Virus record (IMG/VR): IMGVR_UViG_3300033141_002656
Coordinates: 1 to 53,845 of that record
Length of the DNA stretch: 53,845 bases
DNA from: a virus
Taxonomy: Duplodnaviria; Caudoviricetes
Reading direction: 5' to 3' (one strand)
Shown: piece by piece, positions 18,188 through 26,894 of the stretch
How the letters are laid out: every line of letters starts with the position of its first letter
Numbering within the stretch: position 1 is the stretch's first letter
Position numbers and translations under genes: made by a program
The notes under the pieces: model-generated
Seen by the model: only the letters and a program-made list of their open reading frames with translations
What the model was told of the DNA's origin: nothing
The model's database searches: none

Positions 18188-18571
18188 TTATGACCAGGTG
18201 ACTATCCGTGCAGTATCGTTTGGCTTATCGGACTGAAAGTTCAATGTGATGGACGCCGCTGGGTCAATGAATGAGATATGGTGATCTGCCCCTCGGGGTA
18301 TTTCAATGTCCTTTGTGCCCGTTGCCGTCCCCCAGTTCAGCAACATGTTGCCATGCTCTTTTAACTGGATCAGATACCGCTTGGTTCCGGCAGGCAGGAC
18401 ATAGGTGTAATTGTTGTTAGCCGTTGGCATTGAGACCTCATCGACACTGGCAGCTGTCACAAGCAAATCAGAAAAGTCAATGTCAGCCGTGAAATTGCCG
18501 GCAACATTCAGGGGATCAGCATCGGGACACTGCTTGATGGCCGTGACTGGCAGATGGATCACATTACCCAT
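18188..18571 (-). CDS. Small beta-sandwich protein (putative virion)
   Basis: Pattern similar to neighbours (RYLIQ...IPRG). Confidence 0.6.
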   Translation of the reverse strand: MGNVIHLPVTAIKQCPDADPLNVAGNFTADIDFSDLLVTAASVDEVSMPTANNNYTYVLPAGTKRYLIQLKEHGNMLLNWGTATGTKDIEIPRGADHHISFIDPAASITLNFQSDKPNDTARIVTWS

Positions 18572-18579
18572 TGCCTACC

Positions 18580-18963
18580 CTACCCCCCTTTTTTGCCCAG
18601 GGCGATGATGGTGAGAGTCCCCTGGGTGTTGCTGCCCTTGAGATATTTGACCAGACTGTACCGGTATCCCAGATATCCTAGGTTGAACATCTGGGTTTTC
18701 TCATTGCCAGTACTGCCATCCTCATCCATAACATGGGCCCCACAGTCCAGCTTGGCAAACGTGGCTGCATCCGGCCAGTTGCTTGCATACACCACAAGCT
18801 CACCATTAGTTTAATCATTACCAGACCACACAGCCTGGATGGACCCCACTACCATTTCCTTCCAGTCAATGATTTCCGTGGTGAAATCAGAACCCATCTC
18901 AGCCCCAGCCAGTGGGGTGATGTATGTACGGTGTACGTTCTGGGCTCTTTTGGGTACGGTCAT
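18580..18963 (-). pseudogene. Small beta-sandwich protein interrupted by in-frame TAA (18811-18813)
   Basis: MTVPKRA...SIQAVWSGND*TNGELVVYASN...YRYSLVKY...GTLTI; both halves are in one frame and fill the gap. Confidence 0.75.
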
Positions 18964-18970
18964 GGGTCAC

Positions 18971-19954
18971 CTAGTCTATGGTCCAAGTGAGTGTGATTTC
19001 CTGATCTAAACCAACATTGGTTGTTGAATCTGGGATAGATCCAGCATTGACAGTGTTGAACATTTCAATGGTTCCTGCGCTGGTGACCTTGAACCTGCGG
19101 GTGTCTTCAGTGTTATTGACCGTACCTACATCGATCATGTCTTTGGTTGACGGAGGCCGGAAGTCGGTAGGGGCAGCGTTAACCCAGGTTAGCTTCCCAG
19201 CTCCACTCTTTGTCCCTAGCACGGTGCTAGTGTTTGTGGCGAATACCACGTTACCAATACGATGGAATTCCCAGTTGACCGTGGGAGAACCAGAAAGGCC
19301 AGTAGTCGCAACGGCATTATTTTCTTCGCTGTGGTAAAAGTTCAAGGTTGCGTTTCCAGTCCCAAGGACGATCCCGGTAGTGAATGTTTTTGTCCCACCG
19401 ATACTTTCAGCCCCGGTATCATTGACCTTGGCGTCAAGCTGGCCTTGGATATCTGCAGACACACCATCAAGATGCTGGAACTCAGTATTGCTAACAGTGC
19501 CATCGGCAAAATTGGCAGCATCAAGATTGGTTCCTAACTTAATGTTGGTAACCGCCCCAGTGTCAATCTCAGATGATTGTACAGCATTGGGGGCAATCTC
19601 TGAGCTATCCACTGAATTGGCAGCAAGATCATCAGCCGTGATGCTGTTGTCTGTAATTACCCCGCCTGCCCCACCAGACACTGCCCCGGCTGTCTCAATC
19701 TTGTTGTCCTTGAGCGTAACACCGTCAACGGTAACGCCGGCCGCTGCCGTTAGTTCGTCAACCGTGTCGACCTGCAACTTGCCGTCATGCGTAACCTTGG
19801 CACTCGTCGTATCGGCCGACCCCCCTGTCGGGTAGGTTTTAAAAACAATGCCAAACCCCTCGTAAATACTTTTTACCTCGCTGTCGCGCCCAGTCTGGGC
19901 AAGGGCGTATGCAGCAACAGCAATGCAAGCTATAATAATAAAATATTTTTTCAT
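18971..19954 (-). CDS. Signal-peptide-bearing tail-fibre-like protein
   Basis: MKKYFIIIACIAVAAYALA|Q; ITADDLAANSVDSSEI repeats, VSNTEFQHLDGVSADIQGQLDAK, IGGTKTF, RIGNVV head domain. Confidence 0.8.
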   Translation of the reverse strand: MKKYFIIIACIAVAAYALAQTGRDSEVKSIYEGFGIVFKTYPTGGSADTTSAKVTHDGKLQVDTVDELTAAAGVTVDGVTLKDNKIETAGAVSGGAGGVITDNSITADDLAANSVDSSEIAPNAVQSSEIDTGAVTNIKLGTNLDAANFADGTVSNTEFQHLDGVSADIQGQLDAKVNDTGAESIGGTKTFTTGIVLGTGNATLNFYHSEENNAVATTGLSGSPTVNWEFHRIGNVVFATNTSTVLGTKSGAGKLTWVNAAPTDFRPPSTKDMIDVGTVNNTEDTRRFKVTSAGTIEMFNTVNAGSIPDSTTNVGLDQEITLTWTID

Positions 19955-19968
19955 TATATCCCCCAAAA

Positions 19969-20979
19969 TTAGTACAATCTATGGCACCCACCCCGCCCAA
20001 TTCTGGTGAACCCTGATGTGTTTTTTAAGCATATTTCCTCATCAGTCCCCACTGATGCACACGTTGAAATCTCAAGACCACCAGCACTCAGTATTACGGC
20101 ACAACTGGCATGATCGGTACCGTCGCCAGCAACACCACACATTGAGCACGCAGCTGAACCTAGCTGAGATGTATTTGCCGCTGACTGAGCACAACACAAA
20201 TAGTGGGCATAACTGGCAAGGGTAGTATCATCTAATATTATAGCCTCACTGCCGTTGGCTATTGACCCTGTTGAAATCAAAATAGATCTAACAACAAAAT
20301 TACCAACAGAAATATTGCCGCTGTCTATTACACTGTTTTCAAAATGGACACCCTCTATTGTGACGCCATTGTTCAGTAAGCGCTCAACAATAGAATTTGT
20401 CTTTGTTGTGTTTGCCCTTACCTCACCACCACTATCTGTGGTGAAATGACCACCCCCAGTGATGTTAACACCAGCTGCTGATGTCACCTGAATCCCTCGG
20501 GTGAAATCTGGGGCAGCTGTATCATTCTCATTCACAATAGTATCAAATTGTCCGATGTCCCCCATTACCTGGTCACTGGCATCCACATCACCAGTCACTG
20601 CCACAGTACCAGTTGCACCCAGGCCATCGGGAAAACTGGGGGCCCCAGCCCCACCAGAGTTTGAGTAATTGTCAGCCCTAAACTCATCACCGGCTGACAA
20701 TGACACATGGTCAGACCGGACAGACATGGTGAGCCCATCACCATGGCTCATGAATATTGCGCCGGTCCCGGTACCGCTATTAACATAGACATGTTTCCCA
20801 GACCCATTGGCCGTGATAGTCACATTGTCATCATAAGTAATGTTTTTGATGGTCATAGTGGTTAGGTCAAGGGCCTGCATGATGGTTTCCCACCTGGATG
20901 AATCCGAGGTCTGAGCTAGGGCAAAATACCCACCCACCAAAGCCGATACAATTACAAAAGCTAATAAATTCTTAAGCAT
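19969..20979 (-). CDS. Signal-peptide-bearing tail-fibre-like protein with Cys-rich tip
   Basis: MLKNLLAFVIVSALVGGYFALA|Q; GAPSFPDG/AAPDFTRG and GVTIEGV repeats; eight Cys near the C-terminus. Confidence 0.75.
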   Translation of the reverse strand: MLKNLLAFVIVSALVGGYFALAQTSDSSRWETIMQALDLTTMTIKNITYDDNVTITANGSGKHVYVNSGTGTGAIFMSHGDGLTMSVRSDHVSLSAGDEFRADNYSNSGGAGAPSFPDGLGATGTVAVTGDVDASDQVMGDIGQFDTIVNENDTAAPDFTRGIQVTSAAGVNITGGGHFTTDSGGEVRANTTKTNSIVERLLNNGVTIEGVHFENSVIDSGNISVGNFVVRSILISTGSIANGSEAIILDDTTLASYAHYLCCAQSAANTSQLGSAACSMCGVAGDGTDHASCAVILSAGGLEISTCASVGTDEEICLKNTSGFTRIGRGGCHRLY

Positions 20980-22732
20980 AGATTCTGGTTCTCCATCCTT
21001 GTGCAGCATTGATGTAAGTGAATGTCACACCCCTCATTGTACCATCACATGTGAAATTGCTGGCAGCCCCGTTGATGTTCTTGGCGTTCCGGTCAATGGT
21101 CAGGTTGTTGGATCCCCAGGATCCCGTGGCATCGATGAACTCAACCTCATCCCCCTGCACCGGATTGGGCGGCAGGGTGTGAGTCAGGATGCCTGCATTG
21201 GTATCACTGAGGACCTTGTCCCAGATCTTGGCTGTGTATGCCGTGGCTATCAAATCAGTTGACTGTGAGCGGTTCGGATCGACAGCCAGAGCCATTGCCC
21301 CGATGGCCAGATAGATCCGTATGGGGTTGGCAGATGATGGGCTCAGGCTTGAGATATCGCCTCTCAGTTGCCGGGCTGGTGCCGGGCCTATCTTGATATA
21401 GTCGCCAACGTTGTGGATCGGGACCCAGTCCACACCATCATACCGCTGAATGATCATGGTCAGCGGGACATCAGCCAGGTTGGTGTCAATCGGGCTGGCC
21501 GGCAGGTTGGGATCACTGGTGAATGTTCGGTCAAAATACTCAACCGGAATGATGCTGGGTGTGATCCCAGTGTTGAGCAACTTGACCGTCACAGTATCCG
21601 TGAGGTTCAAGGAACTGAAATCATAGGTGAGAACATCCCTGGTCTTTTGGGTAACAAACTGAGACCCATCCAGCTGGTATTCATTGGCGCCATCATCATA
21701 GAACGCCACCCACTGCTGATCCTTGACCGGGATGTTCTTGTTGTGGGTGATGGTTCCCGTGGCCCCACCGAACCCGGTCACCGTGTCTGTCTCGGTGTAT
21801 GCCACCGGACTCACTGCCACCGGGGCATTGTCCTGGCGTTTCTGTGGGGTAGTCCCAAAGACCGTGGTAGACCAGGCTGCAGTTGCCCGGCGGACAAAGC
21901 CCAGGTACATGTACCGTGCCAGGTTGGTTGCATCCGGGGCCGTGGTCAACAGAACCAAGTTGGCCTCTTGGATCCCATACAGGTCTCTGTCTGCATCGGT
22001 GGTGATGGGGTAATTCAGGGTATTATCATCTATGTACAGGTAATAGGTGGTGTCATTGGTGGGGGATGATTCCAGGTTGTCCAAGTCAATATCAAGGTCC
22101 CCAAAAAAGTCTGTCTCTGCCGTACCGGACCCATCATAGGTTGCCAGCTGGCGGTTCCGGTTGTCTATCATATGACCACCCTTGATGGTGGTCTCACCCG
22201 TGGCTGCCACATCCTGGATCTTGAATGATGAGTCACCACTGGCACCGGGAACCCAGCCAGTCCCAGGCTCATAGACCAGGGCCTGCCCATCCTCTGGGGG
22301 TGTGGATAGATTCACATCAATGTGATCATCCAGGAACGTGGGAGCACACACCACAACCAGGGCAATGTCCTGGGCTGAGCCGGTGTTGTTGGTTACCCGG
22401 ACCTGGGTGGTGGTTGAGCCAGGGGTCGCCACAATGGTGAAATCATCCAGATCTGGGGTCCCACCAGTGACAATCCTGGTGAGTTCCCCAGTGCCTGTGT
22501 TCCGATTGAACAGGATCACCCTGAGATCAGAAAAGGCGATTTTGAAATTGTGGTCAAAATCCACAGAGGCAGAATCAGCCAGGGCATCCTCAGTGAAAAA
22601 CCGTGAGTTGTCATCATCACTAAGCTTTGTCCAGGCCGTCCTGACCTTGGTGTGTAAGTTGGTACCCCCATCATGATTGAAATCAGGATGTTCCAACTCA
22701 GAACGGCCAACGGTGGTGGTGGTCTCAGCCAT
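20972..22732 (-). CDS. Tail fibre/spike protein
   Basis: DVNLSTPPEDGQALVY..WVP and C-terminal TLP.NP..GD.V.FID..GSW..NNLTI.RN..NI.G domain; no signal peptide. Confidence 0.75.
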   Translation of the reverse strand: MAETTTTVGRSELEHPDFNHDGGTNLHTKVRTAWTKLSDDDNSRFFTEDALADSASVDFDHNFKIAFSDLRVILFNRNTGTGELTRIVTGGTPDLDDFTIVATPGSTTTQVRVTNNTGSAQDIALVVVCAPTFLDDHIDVNLSTPPEDGQALVYEPGTGWVPGASGDSSFKIQDVAATGETTIKGGHMIDNRNRQLATYDGSGTAETDFFGDLDIDLDNLESSPTNDTTYYLYIDDNTLNYPITTDADRDLYGIQEANLVLLTTAPDATNLARYMYLGFVRRATAAWSTTVFGTTPQKRQDNAPVAVSPVAYTETDTVTGFGGATGTITHNKNIPVKDQQWVAFYDDGANEYQLDGSQFVTQKTRDVLTYDFSSLNLTDTVTVKLLNTGITPSIIPVEYFDRTFTSDPNLPASPIDTNLADVPLTMIIQRYDGVDWVPIHNVGDYIKIGPAPARQLRGDISSLSPSSANPIRIYLAIGAMALAVDPNRSQSTDLIATAYTAKIWDKVLSDTNAGILTHTLPPNPVQGDEVEFIDATGSWGSNNLTIDRNAKNINGAASNFTCDGTMRGVTFTYINAAQGWRTRIYA

Positions 22733-23208
22733 TACCCTGCCCCCAGTCTGTGTTCAAAATTGGCAAACCGTTTCTCATACTCATCCATCAACTCGGTCTT
22801 GGTTTGCCCGTCCTTGTATACGGTAACCTTGTACCCGTTGGCTAACAGGAACTGCAGGCCAATCACCTTGCCCGGGGATTTATAAGACCCCTTGGGAAAT
22901 ATCGGCAAGGGGGCAGCTGCCCTCCACCTTGCCATGGCATACATATGCCCATCACATTCAAACAGAGGTTTGATCCCATACCCATCATGATGGGCCTCTC
23001 CCTCAATGACAGCCCGAGCCAGACCGGTCTTGTTGACCACTGCAGCCATGTCATCAAGTCGGTCACCTGCCCCATCCCAGATCCCATACCTGACCTTGCC
23101 GTCAAGAAAATCAAACCGCCACCTCAGCCGATACCAGGGCAGGACCCCGTATATCTTAGGCAGCATCTGCTTTTTCTGTTCGGCTGTCAGAAACACAACA
23201 AACCCCAA
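22732..23208 (-). CDS. Hypothetical protein (tail region)
   Basis: 158-aa ORF, TAATG-coupled to the next gene. Confidence 0.65.
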   Translation of the reverse strand: MGFVVFLTAEQKKQMLPKIYGVLPWYRLRWRFDFLDGKVRYGIWDGAGDRLDDMAAVVNKTGLARAVIEGEAHHDGYGIKPLFECDGHMYAMARWRAAAPLPIFPKGSYKSPGKVIGLQFLLANGYKVTVYKDGQTKTELMDEYEKRFANFEHRLGAG

Positions 23209-23213
23209 TGATA

Positions 23214-23888
23214 TCAGGCGGTGAAGCTATAGGCCAACACCCAGTCCCACTGAATGATCCCACCGTCTGGGGCAGAATCCTCAAGATAGAACCTCATGCC
23301 AATATGCATGTGATCGCCCAGGACGGTATCCCCGATTTTGCCAATCTTACCTGTCTCGGGGGTGGTTGCATCCACCTCTGAGCCAGCATTGTCATAGACC
23401 ATGGCATCAACGTGCAGATCAAAGGCACTGGCCAGGTCAATACCGTCTGTGTTGTTGTTGCCATAGATATTAACCTGGGCTCTGGACGGCAGGAACGCTG
23501 AGGCCCCAAGGCCAGCCAAGTCAATCCCACCATGGTCAATCCTGAGACCCGAGGCATTGCCGTCCGAGTTATTGGCCGTTGCCTCATTGTCAGCATTGCC
23601 CTTGGCAATCAAGGTGGCATAGTCATTGGCAGCTGAATCAGCACCACCATATGACTGGCTGTACACGGCGATGTGGGTCTTGCATTCCGTGATCTCATCA
23701 ACCGTTGCATCATGCCATGCATACAGATCCTGCCAGCCGGTATTGGCTGCCTGGGATATGATGGGGCAGTACTGAGAGTTGATGCACTGACCGAGATCAA
23801 GGCCCGTCCCACCCCCAGCAAGACTGTCTGCAACAGCCCCAAGGGCATCTGTCTTAAGTCCTTTTGATACTGTCACGTCAACAGCCAT
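23214..23888 (-). CDS. Putative tail-tip structural protein
   Basis: MAVDVTVS start after GGGG; Asp/Gly/Ala-rich. Confidence 0.65.
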   Translation of the reverse strand: MAVDVTVSKGLKTDALGAVADSLAGGGTGLDLGQCINSQYCPIISQAANTGWQDLYAWHDATVDEITECKTHIAVYSQSYGGADSAANDYATLIAKGNADNEATANNSDGNASGLRIDHGGIDLAGLGASAFLPSRAQVNIYGNNNTDGIDLASAFDLHVDAMVYDNAGSEVDATTPETGKIGKIGDTVLGDHMHIGMRFYLEDSAPDGGIIQWDWVLAYSFTA

Positions 23889-23898
23889 GATGAACCCC

Positions 23899-25650
23899 TT
23901 ACGTTTCCTGTGTGATGGTGGCTGTACTACCACCTGTTATACCTGAAAACCCCGGACTATATCCAGGAAAAGGCACCATCTGAAATGACCAGATCCTCAT
24001 GGGGATCCCCAAACCATCTGGGTTGTATCCAATATCACGGATCATCCCGGGCACCGTAGTTCCCGTGAAATCAACAGACCCAATGTTGGTTCCGATCACA
24101 ATGAAATCCCCGATGTCTTTGAGCATGGCCCGGCTGGTTGCCAGGACCTCAATGAACTCAGCATAGGCTGAGGCCAGCTTGATCATCTCTTTGAGTTCTG
24201 TGGTCACGTCGGATTCAATGTACAAGTTGGGAAACACTGGTATTTTGCTGATCTCTTTGCCGGCTGCAGTGATGGCCGTTTGGTTACGGAACCATGGGGT
24301 TGACAGTCGGTTCTCATTGATCGGTGGGCTGAATGCATAGTCAGCTTTGGCCCGGTTCCAGTTGTTCCTCTCATCGATCTGGGGCCTGAATGAATCCCGG
24401 CCAATGTCCCAGTTCCTCAGTGTGAACGTGGGGCTGGCAACAAACTCATCAAAGTGCAGGCTGTTGAGCTTGAACAGATTGTCCCGTGAGACAAAATTCT
24501 CAAGTCTGACCTGTTCCAACAGAGACAGGGCATATGCCAAAGTTTCCTTTGGTTCCTGCACCCAGACCCGGGATTTCCGATTGGCCACAGCTGACTCAAT
24601 CGGGGTGGACTTGGCGGCAAACGTGGCCCAGTTAGCATCAAAGTCCCCATTGACCAGTCCACCGAACCGCTTGAGCAGGTCTTTGGCCTGCAGGACCACA
24701 TTGTCCTCACTCCCACCCAGATCAATGCCTACACACTCACAATAGAATTCATCCCCAGTCTCATAGATCCATGGCTGGGTACCGCCGGCACCATCATCCA
24801 CCATCAGGTTCTTTTGGGTAATATCAATCACGGCATTGCCGGACCCACCCACAATACTGATGTCCCCAGATGAGAACGTATAATAGGCATCCCCACGGTA
24901 TAGCGTGATTGAATCTGTGGATAGGCTCTTGAGGTCCACAGAGGCTATCACGCAACGTAAAGCGGTATCCCCTACGTTTGGGTCTGGGGGATCCAAAGAT
25001 GCATTCACGAGAGGATCCAGGCCATTCACGGGGTAGCATGGAACCTCTGGTGCCTCGGGTCTCAGTTCCGTGGTCCAGTCACCATAGATCACCGGGGCAC
25101 CCAGGCCAACAAACTCATCCTCAAGATCCGGCCAGTCATCCTTGATGAGGGAATCGGTAGGGAACTTGGTGTTGACCTTGTCAAACCTGGACCTGGCAAT
25201 GAGGGTGAATGTCTTGGTTGAACGCTCAACCCCGGCCTCGGGTGTGACAAAGCCCTTGAATATGGTCTCATAGGTTGAGGCTATCTCAGCCAGGCCGATC
25301 TTGATCTCAATGGGCAAACCCAGCCAGGGGTCAAAGTCTGCCCCAGCCGGCAGATAGTTGGAATAGAACCCGTCTGTGTTGTTAACCTGGATCTCAACAG
25401 TTGAGAACTGCAACTGTCCGCTGAGCCATTCCCCAACGGTTTTCCGGATCGGGGGGAACGTCACCCGATTGGCATAGAATCTGGTACCAACAAACTTGGG
25501 CCGGTCTGACAGGTACAGGGTGGATCCATCAGGGGCCTCAATCTCAGCGATCATCTCAAACTTCTGCACCAGGTTGTCCTGGGAATTGTCCAGAACATCC
25601 TGGGTGAGTGATGTGGCTGACTCATATGGCCGTCTATTTGATGAACTCAC
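23899..25650 (-). CDS. Tail tip/baseplate hub protein
   Basis: Second gene after the tape measure; NNTDG, APVIYGD and DIGDFI patterns. Confidence 0.7.
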   Translation of the reverse strand: MSSSNRRPYESATSLTQDVLDNSQDNLVQKFEMIAEIEAPDGSTLYLSDRPKFVGTRFYANRVTFPPIRKTVGEWLSGQLQFSTVEIQVNNTDGFYSNYLPAGADFDPWLGLPIEIKIGLAEIASTYETIFKGFVTPEAGVERSTKTFTLIARSRFDKVNTKFPTDSLIKDDWPDLEDEFVGLGAPVIYGDWTTELRPEAPEVPCYPVNGLDPLVNASLDPPDPNVGDTALRCVIASVDLKSLSTDSITLYRGDAYYTFSSGDISIVGGSGNAVIDITQKNLMVDDGAGGTQPWIYETGDEFYCECVGIDLGGSEDNVVLQAKDLLKRFGGLVNGDFDANWATFAAKSTPIESAVANRKSRVWVQEPKETLAYALSLLEQVRLENFVSRDNLFKLNSLHFDEFVASPTFTLRNWDIGRDSFRPQIDERNNWNRAKADYAFSPPINENRLSTPWFRNQTAITAAGKEISKIPVFPNLYIESDVTTELKEMIKLASAYAEFIEVLATSRAMLKDIGDFIVIGTNIGSVDFTGTTVPGMIRDIGYNPDGLGIPMRIWSFQMVPFPGYSPGFSGITGGSTATITQET

Positions 25651-26894
25651 TTTGATTCATCCCAATTCAGTTCAAGTGTTACATGCCAGTTGTCATCCTC
25701 AACCGAGTCACTGTTATGTGATTCCTCAGGCAAATCCACAAGTTTGCTGAACACTGCCAGGGCTGATGGTCTGGTGGGCCTCGGAATGATCAAGCACTTA
25801 AGGTCTGTCTTGGCACTGAGCATATAGTTCTCAAGGATCCGGTAGTTGGTTCCAAACCGGTTGAGTTCAGACCACCTGAGGCCCAGGATCTTGCGGGTTG
25901 CCCGGTCATTAGACACCGAGGTGAAACCCTCGGTTTCAAGGGTATCTTTGAAATGCCTACGGCCAAAGGTTGCCGGGTTGTCAAACTCAGCTGTTGGGCT
26001 CAGGATATTGGCCAGTCCGAACACAATGCACCCAATATACAGGTGATTGTCAGCATTTGCAGAATCCTCAATGATCAGTCTGCGGTATCGGTATGCACTG
26101 CTGGCCGGTGTGGGTTTGATCCAATACATATTGTCAAGCTCAGTGGTCAGAACCACCGATTCATCCACCGATGTCCATGAGGCTGAATTGCTGGCCTGGA
26201 ATGTTACCCTGGCACCCTTGGTGAAATTGTGTCCCAGGATTGCCAGAGTATCAACAAATGCATTGGTGATCCCGGTGTCACACCGGATTTCCCAGATAGC
26301 TGTCACACCATTTGCTGTCTGGGCCCTGTGTTCAATCAGGTCATTGTTCAGATTGCTGAGGTCACCAAGATCATCAGCGGCCATGGATTGCATTGATGTC
26401 CAGTTGTTCCCGCCCAGGGCTGGGGTTCCCCGGCTGATGAAATCACACAGGATCCTCAGCTGTGTAACATTGTACAGGACCCCATTGACCTGACAACTGA
26501 CAGCAATGGCTCTGGCCATATTGGCCTGCATACCAATGGCCTCATCATCCTTGATCACCATCTCAACTTGCATGCCGATGAACTCATCATCGGTGGCATC
26601 AACAATTTTCATCTCTGCCTGGGAACCGGTTGCCTTGTCCTTGGCAATGATCATGCTGGCTTGGGATCCCACAACATCAGTCCCAGCCGCCACCATCCCA
26701 GCCTGCATACCAATGAACTCATCATCTGTTGAGTCCACAATTTTCATCTCAGTCTGAACACCGATTTCCTCAGACCCATCAGTGATCATATCCACCTGCA
26801 TCCCGATGGCATTCTCTGCCCTACCTGCCAGGTATCCATAGGTGGTGTGGGCCAGGTAACCCTCAGATAGATATCCGTAATAAGTAATAGCCAT
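25647..26894 (-). CDS. Distal-tail-like protein with carbohydrate-binding-like domain and N-terminal repeats
   Basis: Directly after the tape measure; seven (I/V/T)GxQxxM repeats; AILGHNF...YRYRRLII.D. Confidence 0.65.
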   Translation of the reverse strand: MAITYYGYLSEGYLAHTTYGYLAGRAENAIGMQVDMITDGSEEIGVQTEMKIVDSTDDEFIGMQAGMVAAGTDVVGSQASMIIAKDKATGSQAEMKIVDATDDEFIGMQVEMVIKDDEAIGMQANMARAIAVSCQVNGVLYNVTQLRILCDFISRGTPALGGNNWTSMQSMAADDLGDLSNLNNDLIEHRAQTANGVTAIWEIRCDTGITNAFVDTLAILGHNFTKGARVTFQASNSASWTSVDESVVLTTELDNMYWIKPTPASSAYRYRRLIIEDSANADNHLYIGCIVFGLANILSPTAEFDNPATFGRRHFKDTLETEGFTSVSNDRATRKILGLRWSELNRFGTNYRILENYMLSAKTDLKCLIIPRPTRPSALAVFSKLVDLPEESHNSDSVEDDNWHVTLELNWDESK

